Numbered from the whole stretch's first letter, positions 42,547 through 54,011 are shown. The stretch: 62,989 bases of DNA, filler included, from 6 parts of 6 records of this genome joined end to end with filler, not necessarily neighbours in it; one strand, 5' to 3'. The notes: generated by a model not told the origin, from the letters alone. Numbers and translations: made by a program.

Positions 42547-43290
42547 ATGCCCACGCCCCACCGACAGCCCAGCTTTGTTCTTGTGCGCCCGCAGATGGGC
42601 GAAAACATTGGGGCGGCGGCGCGCGCGATGTGGAATTTCGGGCTGGATCGCATGCGCGTTGTGGCGCCACGCGATGGCTGGCCTAACGCGCGCGCTGTGG
42701 CCATGGCCTCGGGGGCGGGGCGGCTGCTGGATGAGGCGGGGTTGTTCCCCGATTTGCCCGCCGCCCTGGCCGATTGCACCTATACTTACGCCACAACCGC
42801 GCGCCCGCGGGGGCTGACAAAGCCGGTGCTTAGCCCCGAGGCGGCCATGAAAGACGCCAGCCAGCGCGTGGCCAATGGCGAAAAAGTGGCCGTCATCTTT
42901 GGCCCCGAACGCGCAGGGCTGGAAAATGACGATATCGCCCAGGCCAATGCCATCATCTCGGTGCCGGTAAACCCCGAATTTGCCTCGCTGAACCTTGGCC
43001 AATGCGTGTTGCTGACCGCCTATGAATGGCGCCGCCAGACCGCCGAGATCGTGCATGAAACCGTGGATATGGCCAAAACCGAATGGGCCAGCGGCCTAGA
43101 GGTGGAAAAACTGGCCCAGCATTACGAAGAGCGCCTGCAAGAGGCGGGGTTCTTTTTTCCCGAAGCCAAGGCCGAGGGTATGAAGATTAACCTGCGCAAC
43201 CTGTGGTCACGCATGCGCCTGACGCGGGCAGATGTGCAAATGTTACACGGTGTGATGCGCCAGATGGTGCGCTGGAAAGAGCGCGGCTAG
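42547..43290 (+). CDS. trmJ: TrmJ/LasT family RNA methyltransferase
   Basis: PQMGENIGAAARAM.NFG, FGPERAGLEN, SLNLGQ. Confidence 0.9.
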   Translation: MPTPHRQPSFVLVRPQMGENIGAAARAMWNFGLDRMRVVAPRDGWPNARAVAMASGAGRLLDEAGLFPDLPAALADCTYTYATTARPRGLTKPVLSPEAAMKDASQRVANGEKVAVIFGPERAGLENDDIAQANAIISVPVNPEFASLNLGQCVLLTAYEWRRQTAEIVHETVDMAKTEWASGLEVEKLAQHYEERLQEAGFFFPEAKAEGMKINLRNLWSRMRLTRADVQMLHGVMRQMVRWKERG

Positions 43291-43383
43291 AACAAACCCT
43301 GACGCAAGCAAAAGTGCCTTTGTGCCGCACTAGACGCGGGCAGGGCAGCGGCCTAGGTTTCAGGCGCGACAAGGAGACGGGCA

Positions 43384-44523
43384 ATGAGCGGAAAACGCAG
43401 CATTTTCGAAGAAGTATCCAGCCCAGATGCGGTGGCACAGCCGCAGGCGGGCGTGATTGATGCAGGCATGCGCCAGGGCGCGCGCGGGGCGATTAGGCGC
43501 TGGCTGATGGTGCTTTTCTCCCTTGTAATGATCATGATTGCAGTGGGCGGGCTGACGCGGCTGACCGACAGCGGCCTGTCCATCACCGAATGGCGCCCGC
43601 TGACCGGCGCCATCCCCCCCATGTCCGAGGCGCATTGGCTGGAAGAGTTCGAAAAGTATAAGCAGATCCCGGAATTCCAGATCCAAAACCAGTGGATGAA
43701 GTTAAATGATTTCAAGGTCATCTATTGGTGGGAATGGGGCCACAGGCAGCTGGGGCGTGTGATTGGGCTGGTGTGGTTCTTGGGCTTTATGTGGTTTTGG
43801 CTGCGCCGCCAAATTCCCACAGGCTGGACCGGGCGTTTGGTGTTTGTGGGCGCTTTGGGCGGGCTACAGGGCGCCGTTGGATGGTGGATGGTGTCCTCGG
43901 GGTTGCGGGGCAGCATGCTGGATGTGGCCAGCTACCGCCTGGCCACGCATTTGGGGCTGGCCTTTGTGATTTTGGGCTTTTTGGCGTGGTTCATGTTTTT
44001 GCTGGGCCGCAGCGAGCGCGACCTGATGCAAGCGCGCCGCCTGAAAGAGGGCAAGCTTTTCGGCCTGTCCACCGGCTGGCTGCATTTCACCTTTCTGCAG
44101 ATCATTTTGGGCGCCTTGGTGGCGGGCATCGATGCCGGGCGCAGCTATACCGATTGGCCATTGATGGGGGGGCAGGTTTTCCCGCCTGATGCCTTTATCC
44201 TGACCCCGCTATGGAGCAATTTTTTCGAAAACCCTGGGCTTGTGCAATTTGTGCACCGCTGCACGGGCTATCTGCTGCTGGCCTTTGGCATTGTGGTTTG
44301 GCTGCGCGGGCGCCGGTCGGCCAATCGGGCCACGCAAAGCGCGTTTCATCTGGCCTTTGGCGCGCTGGTGGCGCAGGTGGTTTTGGGCATTGTCACGGTC
44401 ATGACCGCCGCGCCATGGGAAATTGCCATCGTGCATCAGGTTTTGGCTGTGGCTGTGTTTGTTTTGATCCTGCGCGCACGGTTTCTTTGCGCCTATCCGC
44501 AGGTCACATCGGTGCGGGGGTAA
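43384..44523 (+). CDS. ctaA: Heme A synthase
   Basis: GGLTRLTDSGLSITEW, WEWGHRQLGR, QFVHR. Confidence 0.95.
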   Translation: MSGKRSIFEEVSSPDAVAQPQAGVIDAGMRQGARGAIRRWLMVLFSLVMIMIAVGGLTRLTDSGLSITEWRPLTGAIPPMSEAHWLEEFEKYKQIPEFQIQNQWMKLNDFKVIYWWEWGHRQLGRVIGLVWFLGFMWFWLRRQIPTGWTGRLVFVGALGGLQGAVGWWMVSSGLRGSMLDVASYRLATHLGLAFVILGFLAWFMFLLGRSERDLMQARRLKEGKLFGLSTGWLHFTFLQIILGALVAGIDAGRSYTDWPLMGGQVFPPDAFILTPLWSNFFENPGLVQFVHRCTGYLLLAFGIVVWLRGRRSANRATQSAFHLAFGALVAQVVLGIVTVMTAAPWEIAIVHQVLAVAVFVLILRARFLCAYPQVTSVRG

Positions 44524-44529
44524 CGCAAA

Positions 44530-46014
44530 ATGGCGGCTTTTGACGATTTGATGCGCTATCAGCGCGACACCGTGGCGCTGGAACAGGTGGCGGGCCGCTT
44601 GGGCTGGGATCAAGAAACCATGATGCCCAAAGGCGCAGGCGATCAGCGCGCCGAAGAAATGGCCGCCATCACCACCGTGCTGCACCAAAGGCGCAGCGCT
44701 GCGCAGGTGGGTGATTGGCTGGCGCAGATCACCGACGCAGATCTGGCCCCCGAGGCGCAGGCGCAGCTGCGCCTGATTCGGCGCGATTATGCGCGCAGCA
44801 CGCGGCTGTCTGTGGATTTGGCCGCAGAATTGGCCCGCAGCCGCAGCCTGGCCCACCAACGCTGGGCCGAGGCGCGCGCCAGCGAAGATGTGGCGCATTT
44901 CCTGCCCATGCTGGCCCATATGATCGATCTTAAGCGCCAAGAGGGGGCCGCCCTGGCCGCAGACAGCGGCATCAGCCCTTATGACGCGCTGTTGCAAGAT
45001 TACGAGCCCGGCGCCACCAGCGCCCAGCTAGAGGCGATGTTTGGCGCGCTGCGCCCGCGGCTGGTGGCGTTGCGCGATGCCTGCTTTGGCGCCAGCCATG
45101 GGCCCGCGCCCCTGCAAGGCCAGTTTGACGAGGCGGGCCAACTGGCGCTGTCGCGCAGCTTGGCCGTGGCCTTTGGCTATGATCTGAGCCGTGGGCGTAT
45201 TGATAAGGCGGTGCATCCCTTTAGCTCGGGGTCGGGCGATGATGTGCGCATCACCACCCGCACCAACCCGGGCGATCCGTTTAACTGCTTTTATTCCACC
45301 ATTCACGAGGTGGGCCACGCCGCCTATGAGCAGGGCATCAACCCCGCCTATCGCCTAACCCCCTTGGGGCAGGGCGTATCGATGGGGGTACATGAATCGC
45401 AATCGCGCATTTATGAAAACCAGCTGGGGCGCAGCGCGGCCTTTACTGGCTGGCTCTATCAACAAATGCAGGCGCAGTTTGGCGATTTTGGCATCGCAAA
45501 CCCAGAGGCGTTTTTTGGCACGGTGAACCGGCTGCAAAATGGCTATATCCGCACCGAGGCAGACGAGGTGCAATATAACCTGCATGTGCTGTTGCGGTTC
45601 GATCTAGAGCGGCAGTTGATTTCAGGTGCCTTGGATGCGGCAGATCTGGAAGAGGCGTGGAATACCCGTTTTATGGCTGATTTCGGCTTTGCCGTCGACA
45701 AGCCGTCAAACGGCTGTTTGCAAGATGTGCATTGGTCTGAGGGGCTGTTTGGCTATTTTCCAACCTATAGTTTGGGCAATGTCTATGCCGGCTGCCTGCA
45801 TCAGGCCTTGCGGGCCGATCTGCCCCAGTTAGATGCGGATTTGGCCCAGGGCAATACCACCGCCGCCACCCAATGGCTGCGCGAAAAAGTGCAGTGCCAT
45901 GGCGGGCTGTTTACACCGCGCACGCTGATCGAAAACGCCTGTGGCCAGGCCCCAACCGAGGCGCCCCTGCTGGACTATCTGGAAGAAAAGTTCAGCAAAA
46001 TCTACCACTTATAA
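44530..46014 (+). CDS. Carboxypeptidase M32 (Taq family)
   Basis: HPF, DVRITTR, HEVGH, HESQS, IRTEADE, GCLQDVHW. Confidence 0.95.
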   Translation: MAAFDDLMRYQRDTVALEQVAGRLGWDQETMMPKGAGDQRAEEMAAITTVLHQRRSAAQVGDWLAQITDADLAPEAQAQLRLIRRDYARSTRLSVDLAAELARSRSLAHQRWAEARASEDVAHFLPMLAHMIDLKRQEGAALAADSGISPYDALLQDYEPGATSAQLEAMFGALRPRLVALRDACFGASHGPAPLQGQFDEAGQLALSRSLAVAFGYDLSRGRIDKAVHPFSSGSGDDVRITTRTNPGDPFNCFYSTIHEVGHAAYEQGINPAYRLTPLGQGVSMGVHESQSRIYENQLGRSAAFTGWLYQQMQAQFGDFGIANPEAFFGTVNRLQNGYIRTEADEVQYNLHVLLRFDLERQLISGALDAADLEEAWNTRFMADFGFAVDKPSNGCLQDVHWSEGLFGYFPTYSLGNVYAGCLHQALRADLPQLDADLAQGNTTAATQWLREKVQCHGGLFTPRTLIENACGQAPTEAPLLDYLEEKFSKIYHL

Positions 46015-46036
46015 TGTAAAATTCATTCACTACATT

Positions 46037-46067
46037 AAAAAGGGCAGCCCAAAGGCCGCCCTTTTTT
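46037..46067. terminator. Bidirectional terminator
   Basis: AAAAAGGGCAGCC-CAAA-GGCCGCCCTTTTTT. Confidence 0.75.
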
Positions 46068-46085
46068 CGTTACATGGCGTGGGCC

Positions 46086-47088
46086 TTATTCTTGGGTCCC
46101 ATCTTGGGCACTGGGCTGCACAACTTCGCCCTCGATAATATCGCCCTCGCTGCCGTCCTGGTCATCGCTTTGCTCGGCCACACGCGCGACCGAAACCACA
46201 ACTTCGCCAGCGCCGGTGTTAAACACCTTCACGCCACCGGCACTGCGCGAGCGAAAGCTGATGCCCTCGACCGGCACGCGGATCGATTGGCCCTTTGAGG
46301 TGGCCAGCATGATCTGATCGTCCAGTTCCACCGGGAACGAGGCCACCAGCGGCCCGCCCCGCATGGCGCGGTCCATCGCGGTTACGCCCATACCACCGCG
46401 CCCGCGCACAGGGTAATCATGGCTGCTGCTTAGCTTGCCCGTGCCTGCCGATGAGATGGTCAGGATCAGGTTTTCCGCCGCCGACATTTCGGCATAGCGC
46501 TCGGCGCTGATGCTGGCATCGGCCACAGCCTCGTCATCGCTGTCTTCGGCATCGTCTTGCACCCCGGCCACTGCGCGGCGCATTTTCAGATAGGCGGCAC
46601 GCTCTTCTGCCGAGGCATCGAAATGGCGGATCACCGACATGGAAACCACCCGGTCATCGCCTTGCAGGCGAATGCCGCGCACGCCGGTGGAATCGCGGCC
46701 CTTGAATACCCGCACTTCGGTAACAGGAAAGCGGATGGCGCGGCCCGAATCCGTGACCAGCATGATATCGTCATCCTCGGAACAGATGCGGGCATTTACC
46801 AGCTCTACGCCTTCGGGCAGCTTCATGGCGATTTTGCCGTTGGATTTGACATTGGTAAAATCCGACAGGGCATTGCGGCGCACATCGCCAGCCGAGGTGG
46901 CAAAGAAGGCGTGCAAATCATCCCATTCGGCCTCGTCGCGATCAACCGGCATGATCGCCGCGATCGAAACGCCGGGCTGCAGCGGCAGGATATTCACAAT
47001 CGCCTTGCCCTTCGAGGTGCGCGACCCCAGCGGCAAGCGCCATGTTTTCAGCTTATACACCATGCCATCGGTGGTGAAGAACAACAGC
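46086..47088 (-). CDS. gyrA: DNA gyrase subunit A, C-terminal part
   Basis: Beta-pinwheel repeats (SKGKAIVN, GRDSTGVRGIRL, GRGGMGV) and acidic tail. Confidence 0.93.
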
Positions 47089-47188
47089 NNNNNNNNNNNN
47101 NNNNNNNNNNNNNNNNNNNNNNNNNNNNNNNNTTAATTAATTAANNNNNNNNNNNNNNNNNNNNNNNNNNNNNNNNNNNNNNNNNNNN
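47089..47188. other. Artificial contig spacer
   Basis: N run with TTAATTAATTAA. Confidence 0.98.
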
Positions 47189-47642
47189 GCGCTATGACAA
47201 GATCATCATCATGACCGATGCGGACGTCGATGGCGCCCATATCGCGGCGCTGTTGATGACGTTTTTCTTTACCCAGATGCGACCACTGATTGACAACGGG
47301 CATCTGTTTCTGGCCTGCCCGCCGCTTTATCGTCTGACCCAGGGGGCCAAGCGCATCTATGTCGCGGATGACGCGGAAAAGAACTATTGGATGGAGAAAG
47401 GTTTGGGCGGCAAGGGCAAGATCGACGTGCAGCGGTTCAAGGGTCTGGGGGAAATGGATGCCAAAGACCTCAAGGAAACCACGATGGACCCCGGCACCCG
47501 CAAGCTGATCCGGGTCACGGTGGACGAGGATGAACCGGGCGAAACCGGTGATCTGGTGGAACGTTTGATGGGCAAAAAGCCCGAGATGCGGTTCCAGTAC
47601 ATTCAGGAAAACGCAAGATTTGTGGAGGAATTGGACGTTTGA
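47189..47642 (+). CDS. parE: Topoisomerase IV subunit B, C-terminal part
   Basis: MTDADVDGAHI, QRFKGLGEM; no GyrB insertion. Confidence 0.9.
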
Positions 47643-47769
47643 GAGGGCAAAGGCTCAGCCTGTCGGTTCCAATAGCCTTTCCGCCCCCCACACATGCGGC
47701 AAAGGCGCATAACCCCTTCCCTTCCCCCCACGGGGAAGGGGCTTCTTCGATCGGTCACAAAGCAAGGGC

Positions 47770-48171
47770 TTACGGCTGTTCCTGAATGACCCCCAAATAG
47801 GCCACCAGATCGACAATCGCGCGGCTGGTCATGATCGGCTGGCCGGTTTCCGCCTTCAGCGGCGTGTCATCCCCTTCAAAGAACGGTCCATAAACCGGCA
47901 TCGGCGATCCGTGACTCACCAGCGGATCACGCCCGTCAATCCGTGTCACCACCCGTGTGACCGGGAATTGCCCGTGCCGCGCTGTCAAATCGTTCAGCGG
48001 CGGCGGTTGCAACATCAGGGCCGGTGCCATCGGGCCATTCCCGCGCCCCTCCAGCCCATGACAGGTGGCGCAATGCGCATCATAAAGCGCCGCGCCTGCG
48101 CCCACATCCTGCGCCTGTGCCGCCCCTTGCATCATGCCAAAGGCCACCGCCGCGATCACAAGTCTTTGCAT
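47770..48171 (-). CDS. Monoheme c-type cytochrome
   Basis: Signal peptide, CATCH, HGSPMP; GGAGG RBS. Confidence 0.88.
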   Translation of the reverse strand: MQRLVIAAVAFGMMQGAAQAQDVGAGAALYDAHCATCHGLEGRGNGPMAPALMLQPPPLNDLTARHGQFPVTRVVTRIDGRDPLVSHGSPMPVYGPFFEGDDTPLKAETGQPIMTSRAIVDLVAYLGVIQEQP

Positions 48172-48302
48172 TCGATCCTCCATCACTGTTTTCCCAATGA
48201 TACCGCACAAGCCGCCGCCCCGCCCTGCGCTGGATCAAATTTTGCAACTTGCGCCTGTGAATTGCCCCGCTAGGCTGCTTCCATTCCACCAGCGAGGCCA
48301 TT

Positions 48303-48704
48303 ATGACCCCCAAAATTGTCGAAACGTTTCTTTATGACCACTTCGCCCCATGGGTGCTGGCGCTGGAGCCAAAAGTGACCTTGGCAGAGACGCAAAAGAC
48401 CGTTCTGGAAATCCCTGTCACCGATGCATTGAACCGCACAGGTGGGATCGTTTGCGGGCAGGCGTTGTCCGCCTTGGCAGATACGGCCATGGTACTGGCC
48501 TGCGGTGCCCATGAGGGGCAGATGATCCCTGTTGGCACCGTCACTTTGGACACGCAATTCATGCGCCCCGCCAGCGGCGACAGCATCCGTGCGGAGGCGG
48601 AAATCACCCGCGCTGGCAAAAGCATGATCTTTGCCCGCTGCACCCTTATCGCCGAACCCTCGGGCAAGGCCGTTGCCACCGCCACGGCCACTTTCGCCCG
48701 ATGA
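48303..48704 (+). CDS. PaaI family thioesterase
   Basis: GGIVCGQAL..LADTAM hotdog-fold motif. Confidence 0.88.
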   Translation: MTPKIVETFLYDHFAPWVLALEPKVTLAETQKTVLEIPVTDALNRTGGIVCGQALSALADTAMVLACGAHEGQMIPVGTVTLDTQFMRPASGDSIRAEAEITRAGKSMIFARCTLIAEPSGKAVATATATFAR

Positions 48705-49378
48705 TCCGTATCCTGCTTGTTCTGGTGCTATTGGCTGGCTGTGGAAGGCCGCTGACCGACAACGAACGCGCCTATTTGACCACGATCCATGGCAGCTCGC
48801 TCGATATGGACAAGGTGCGCCTGCATGATGGCGCCCCCACCCGCGCCGTCACCTTTCGCCGCAAACCCCGCCCGCGCACCACTTGCAGAGAACTGATCCT
48901 GCCCCCCGCGACCGACGCCATCGTGACCTCGAAACCTGCGGCTGTGGCGCTATATAACACCGTGCTGTTCGACAAGGATTGGTATATCGACGATTACCTG
49001 CCCGACTACCCGGACCGGATCAATCTGATCGCGGCGATGTTGCTGGCCCATGAGATCACCCACATCTGGCAGTGGCAGAACCGCGCCACCACGGGATATT
49101 CACCGCTGCGGGCCGCTTCAGAACACGGCAACAAAGCTGACCCCTATCTATTTGATATCAGAGCAAACCCTAAGTTCGGAGAGTTTGGCTTTGAACAACA
49201 AGGCTCGATCGTCGAGGAATTTGTCTGCTGCCGCGCCTTGGCCCCGCAAGCGCCGCGTACCAAACGATTGCATGCGCTGATCGGTCAGGTGATGCCGGTG
49301 GCCCCGCTGCCTCAAAGCCGCGAACATGATGTCAGCCTGCCGTGGAAGGGCGTCAAAATCGACGGGATCTGCGGTTAA
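48701..49378 (+). CDS. Lipoprotein with HEXXH metallopeptidase-like motif
   Basis: Lipobox LAGC; AHEITHIWQ..EQQ. Confidence 0.75.
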   Translation: MIRILLVLVLLAGCGRPLTDNERAYLTTIHGSSLDMDKVRLHDGAPTRAVTFRRKPRPRTTCRELILPPATDAIVTSKPAAVALYNTVLFDKDWYIDDYLPDYPDRINLIAAMLLAHEITHIWQWQNRATTGYSPLRAASEHGNKADPYLFDIRANPKFGEFGFEQQGSIVEEFVCCRALAPQAPRTKRLHALIGQVMPVAPLPQSREHDVSLPWKGVKIDGICG

Positions 49379-49785
49379 CGCTGGATCGTTTCGAGATAGG
49401 CAAGCAAACCCGCCAACGCCCGCGGCGTGGGTGTCATCACCCCGTCCACATCAACCGGCACCAGATCATCCGCCATCGCGCCGCCGAACTGTGGCATCAC
49501 CCGCGCAAGGTGGCCCTGTTCAGGATCGCCATAAATATAGCTAAGGGCGCGGGCTGTCGGGAAACTGCCGCCATTCGCACGGGCCAGCAATGTCAGATCG
49601 GTTGGCTTGCGGTCCAGCCCTGCGGCCAGTGGCCCGTCCCCTTGCCCACTGGAGCCATGACAAGACACACAGTTTTCCGCAAAGAACGCCGCGCCATCGC
49701 CCGCTTCGGGCATGGCATTGGGCGCGCAGGCCAGCAAAAGAGCACACCCGCCTGAAAGCGCGAGAGAAAACACAAAAGGCCGCAT
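49375..49785 (-). CDS. Monoheme c-type cytochrome (lipoprotein)
   Basis: LLAC lipobox, CVSCH, VMPQFG. Confidence 0.87.
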   Translation of the reverse strand: MRPFVFSLALSGGCALLLACAPNAMPEAGDGAAFFAENCVSCHGSSGQGDGPLAAGLDRKPTDLTLLARANGGSFPTARALSYIYGDPEQGHLARVMPQFGGAMADDLVPVDVDGVMTPTPRALAGLLAYLETIQR

Positions 49786-49886
49786 AAGAAAACTCCTGAT
49801 CCAGAGGCGTTGCCATCTATCCTTGTGTCTTTGCCTACAGCTGGCCATGATCCAGATCAAGTGACCACAGGAAGGCAGAAAACATC

Positions 49887-50321
49887 ATGGCACATTACGC
49901 GCTGATCATGCTCATCGCCGGCATCGGCATTCCGGTTCTGGCCGCCCTCAACGCAGCGCTTGGCGCTTGGGTCGGATCCCCTGCCGCGGCGGCTATGGTG
50001 CTGTTTGTCGTGGCCTTCATCAGCTGTCTGGTGGTGGTTCTTCTAACCGGCCCGCATGCACTAGACCGGTTCATGACCGCCCCCAAACACTTGTTTTTGG
50101 GCGGTGTCTTGGTGGCGTTCTATGTTTTGACCATCACTTTCATCGCCCCGCACTTTGGCGTCGGCAACGCGGTGTTCTTTGTGCTTTTGGGGCAGTTGAT
50201 TTCGGCCGCTGCGATTGATCACTTTGGCCTCTTCGGGGCGCAGGTCTCATCGCTGGGTCTGGCCCGCACGGGCGGGATCGCGTTGATGGCCGCCGGGGTT
50301 TGGCTGACCCAGCAGGTCTAG
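49887..50321 (+). CDS. DMT family (YdcZ/DUF606-like) transporter
   Basis: About 5 TM segments; LLGQL...IDHFGLFG. Confidence 0.85.
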   Translation: MAHYALIMLIAGIGIPVLAALNAALGAWVGSPAAAAMVLFVVAFISCLVVVLLTGPHALDRFMTAPKHLFLGGVLVAFYVLTITFIAPHFGVGNAVFFVLLGQLISAAAIDHFGLFGAQVSSLGLARTGGIALMAAGVWLTQQV

Positions 50322-50322
50322 A

Positions 50323-51303
50323 CTAGACCTTCGCGAACCCTTCGATCATCGCCCAAACCGCATCATCCACGTCGACCGGATCACTTTGCTGTTTGTTCTG
50401 GCCGGGCATCCGCGCGCCCTCATCGGTGGCGGCGGCTGCGGCCAATGCCTCAAGCCTTGCACCAAATTCCGGCGATGAAGACGGATCAATAATGATGTAA
50501 TACTGGCCCAGATCATGCGGCGCCCCTTCCGGCGCTTTAAGAGGTTTGACATCCTTGGACAGAATGCCCCCCGTCATGCCCGCTGCCAGAATTTCCGCCA
50601 TCAGGCCAAAGCCCCAGCCTTTGTAGCCGCCCATCGACACCAGCGATCCCGCCAGCGCCGCCTCCGGATCTGTGGTGGGGTTGCCATCGGCGTCCACGGC
50701 CCAGCCTTCGGGGATCTGCTGTCCGGCGGCCTTGGCCATGGTGATCTTGCCCAAAGCCACGGTTGTGGTGGATTGATCAAACTGCATGGCAATGCCGCCC
50801 GCGCCATCGGGCACGGAAAAGGCAATGGGATTGGTGCCGATCACACGCGTCTTGCCGCCCGGAGCAGCCACGATGGGTGAGGCATTGGTGAACCCGATGC
50901 CGATCAGGCCCGCATGGGCAATCTGTTCTGTGAAATACCCCAGCGACGTGCAGGTGTGGGCATGGCCAACCGCCATCGTGGCCACGCCAGCCTCCCGCGC
51001 GGCATCCAGCGCCACAGGCAGACCATAGGCAAAGGCAGGCTGTGCAAAGCCAAATCCAGCGTCCACATGGATGGCCGCACTGCGCCGCGCATTCACCACC
51101 GGCACCGCCTTGCCCTTGACCCGGCCAGAGGCCAACTGCTGGCAATAACTTTCGACATAATACAAACCGCAGATCTTGTTACCGACCGCTTCGGCCTTGG
51201 CCACGGCCCGCGCAACCTCGGCTGCGGGAAATGCGTCGGCCCCATGGGCGATCAATGCCGCCTGCGTGGTTTCCTCGATGGTTTTGAGCGAAATATGCGC
51301 CAT
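50323..51303 (-). CDS. Ldh_2 family oxidoreductase (ComC sulfolactate dehydrogenase-like)
   Basis: GTNPIAF, GWAVDADGNPTTDP, GGYKGWG. Confidence 0.88.
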   Translation of the reverse strand: MAHISLKTIEETTQAALIAHGADAFPAAEVARAVAKAEAVGNKICGLYYVESYCQQLASGRVKGKAVPVVNARRSAAIHVDAGFGFAQPAFAYGLPVALDAAREAGVATMAVGHAHTCTSLGYFTEQIAHAGLIGIGFTNASPIVAAPGGKTRVIGTNPIAFSVPDGAGGIAMQFDQSTTTVALGKITMAKAAGQQIPEGWAVDADGNPTTDPEAALAGSLVSMGGYKGWGFGLMAEILAAGMTGGILSKDVKPLKAPEGAPHDLGQYYIIIDPSSSPEFGARLEALAAAAATDEGARMPGQNKQQSDPVDVDDAVWAMIEGFAKV

Positions 51304-51478
51304 GCGTCTTCCTTCTTGGCCCCTCCCCTTGGGGGCGAAGTTCAGTCTGACCTTAGGTCAATTCTCACGTCAAGCGTTTGAAACCTGCGGAATGCCAATA
51401 ATTTACACGAGATGCGCATTATACGGGAAATTCACGCAAAACCACACGCAAACCGAGAAAATCAAAGGTTTTCAGCGC

Positions 51479-52162
51479 CTAATCAGCCACCAGTTGCCCT
51501 GCATCCAGCCGAATCTGCCGATCCATTCGCGCCGCCAGATCAAGATTATGCGTGGCGATCACCGCCGAAAGACCAGTGCCGCGCACCAGATCCATCAACG
51601 CCCCAAACACCTGATCCGACGTGCCCGGATCAAGGTTTCCGGTTGGCTCGTCCGCGAGAAGCAGCTTTGGCCCATTGGCCAACGCCCGGCAAAACGCGAC
51701 CCGTTGCTGTTCGCCGCCAGACAAGGCCGCCGGACGGTGCTCTGCCCGATCGGCAATCCCGACGCGGTCCAACAGTTCTTGCGCCCGCGCCTCGGCCGCC
51801 GCTTTGCTCACACCATTGGCCAGCTGCGGCAAAACGATATTCTCAAGCGCCGAAAACTCAGGCAACAGATGATGAAACTGGTAAATAAATCCCACATCGC
51901 TGCGCCGCACTTTGGTGCGTTGCCGATCGCCGCGCCCGGTCATGTCCTGCCCGGTAATTTCAACCTTGCCCGCATCCGGCGTGTCCAGCAGCCCGGCAAT
52001 ATGCAGCAAGGTCGATTTGCCCGCCCCCGAAGGCGCGACAAGGGCCACAACCTCGCCCGTCCCCACCTCCAGATCAATGCCGCGCAACACGTTCACCTCA
52101 TTGGGCAACCCGCGATTATAGGCCTTGGTGATCGCGGACAGCCGCAGCACAATCTCACTCAT
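51479..52162 (-). CDS. lolD: Lipoprotein-releasing ABC transporter ATP-binding protein
   Basis: [35 protein letters not shown]. Confidence 0.93.
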   Translation of the reverse strand: MSEIVLRLSAITKAYNRGLPNEVNVLRGIDLEVGTGEVVALVAPSGAGKSTLLHIAGLLDTPDAGKVEITGQDMTGRGDRQRTKVRRSDVGFIYQFHHLLPEFSALENIVLPQLANGVSKAAAEARAQELLDRVGIADRAEHRPAALSGGEQQRVAFCRALANGPKLLLADEPTGNLDPGTSDQVFGALMDLVRGTGLSAVIATHNLDLAARMDRQIRLDAGQLVAD

Positions 52163-53447
52163 AGCGCAGCGCCTCCACCGGATTCATCCGCGCCGCCCGC
52201 CGCGCCGGAAAGATTGTCACCACAAACGACAGGCCCAGCGACAAAGCGACCGCAGACAACACATCGGCCAATTGCAACTTGGCCGGCAGATAATAGATCC
52301 CCCGGATCGACGCATCCCATGCCGTGCCGCCCGACAGGTAGTTCACAAAGACAAAGATCTGATCGACATAAAGCGCAAAAAGACAGCCCAGTATAACGCC
52401 CAGCGCGGTGCCGATGATCCCGGTAAACGCGCCGCAAATGAAAAACACCCGCAGCACCGATCCTTCGGTCAACCCCATCGTCCGCAAGATCCCAATGTCC
52501 CGCCCCTTGTTCTTGACCAGCATGATCAGCCCCGAAACGATGTTCATCGCAGCGATCAAGACCAGCACGGAGAGGATCACAAACATCACCCGATCCTCGA
52601 TATCCAGCGCATTGAGAAACGCCCCGGATGCATCCCGCCATGTCCAGACCTGCGCCCTTGGCCCGGTCGCGGCCAGAATGGGCACCGCATAGTTATCCAC
52701 AGCTTCGGGATCTTCAACCATCACTTCAAGTTCGTCCGCCACCCCTTCGCGGTTAAAGAAGATTTGCGCGTCGCCTATGGGCAAATAGGCGCGCGTGCGG
52801 TCGATGTCATAGCGCCCCGCCGAAAAGATATACACAACCTCATAGGCGTTCACCCGCGGGCTGGTGCCAAAGGCGGTCTTGACCCCATTGGGCGAAATCA
52901 GCTTGACCCGATCCCCCACCCCAACGCCCAGCGTATTCGCCACACCGATGCCCAGCGCGATACCCTCTTCGAAACGGCTGATGTCGCCCTGCGCACGGGT
53001 CTGATCCGCTATCCTTGGGATTGTTTTCAAATCCTTCGGTGCAATGCCAAACACCTCGACACCCGCATTGGATTGGCGATGGTTTGCCATGACCTGCTGC
53101 CGGATCAGCGGCGCAACCCGCGTCACCCCCGGCACCGCTGCGACGGTTTGGGCCAAGGCCTCATAATCAGCAATGCTGCGATCAATCCGCCCAGCGGCGT
53201 TGACCTCGCCCAACTGGTAGACCGTCACATGGGCATTTGCGCCAAGGATCGTATCGACAAATTCCGCCCGAAAGCCTGAACGCACCGAAAGCGTTGCAAT
53301 CAAAGCAAAAACCGCCAGCGTGATGCCGATCAAGCTGATCCATGTCATCACCGACACGCCGCCCTCTGCCCGCCGCGCCCGCAAATAGCGCCAGGCAATC
53401 ATCCATTCAAAAGGCGCAAAAGGCGCAGTGCTCATCTTGATGTCCAT
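52155..53447 (-). CDS. lolC: Lipoprotein-releasing ABC transporter permease LolC/E
   Basis: [33 protein letters not shown]. Confidence 0.9.
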   Translation of the reverse strand: MDIKMSTAPFAPFEWMIAWRYLRARRAEGGVSVMTWISLIGITLAVFALIATLSVRSGFRAEFVDTILGANAHVTVYQLGEVNAAGRIDRSIADYEALAQTVAAVPGVTRVAPLIRQQVMANHRQSNAGVEVFGIAPKDLKTIPRIADQTRAQGDISRFEEGIALGIGVANTLGVGVGDRVKLISPNGVKTAFGTSPRVNAYEVVYIFSAGRYDIDRTRAYLPIGDAQIFFNREGVADELEVMVEDPEAVDNYAVPILAATGPRAQVWTWRDASGAFLNALDIEDRVMFVILSVLVLIAAMNIVSGLIMLVKNKGRDIGILRTMGLTEGSVLRVFFICGAFTGIIGTALGVILGCLFALYVDQIFVFVNYLSGGTAWDASIRGIYYLPAKLQLADVLSAVALSLGLSFVVTIFPARRAARMNPVEALRYE

Positions 53448-53501
53448 CCTAAGGAGGGTTTTGAGATTTTGGCCGCAACCTGAGGCTTTGCCCTCATCGG
53501 G

Positions 53502-54011
53502 TCAAGCGCCCATCGCAGGATCGGCGGGGCGGCGTCGAAACGGCCAGGACAGAATGCGCAAAACGATCCCAAGCACCGCCAGTCCCATAACAAAACCCAC
53601 AGCCGCAAACATCGCCCCCGCAAAATTGAGCGGCACCGCAGGTTGATACTCCGCCCAAGCGGCCCGCGCGATCTCGGGGTCCGTCAGCTTTGGCATGTGA
53701 TAGGCCCGCATGAACGGACCTTCGCTTTTCAACAGGTCCAAATCCGACCGCAACCGTGCATAGCGGTCAAAGGTTGCGGTCATATCCTTGCGCCGCCGCT
53801 CCAGAAAATCTGTGCCTTGCATTTGCGCAAGCGCATCATCTCGGCTCAACCCGACTGCCGCCGCAGAGGCATCAAAATCCGCCACCACCCCGGACAACGC
53901 ATCAACCGCACCGCCCAATCTCTGGATGTATTGCTGAGAGAACTCAGGGAATTGCGAACTCGCAGTTGCCCCGGCCAACCCACCCGCGAGGGTCAAGGCC
54001 CGCAGGATCAT
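53502..54011 (-). CDS. DUF2937 family protein
   Basis: SQFPEFSQQYIQRLGG. Confidence 0.82.
   Translation of the reverse strand: MILRALTLAGGLAGATASSQFPEFSQQYIQRLGGAVDALSGVVADFDASAAAVGLSRDDALAQMQGTDFLERRRKDMTATFDRYARLRSDLDLLKSEGPFMRAYHMPKLTDPEIARAAWAEYQPAVPLNFAGAMFAAVGFVMGLAVLGIVLRILSWPFRRRPADPAMGA

Noticed and set aside
47713-47741. Hairpin after parE as an ncRNA
   Set aside because: It is a short GC-rich inverted repeat between convergent genes, best read as a terminator-like or repeat fragment.
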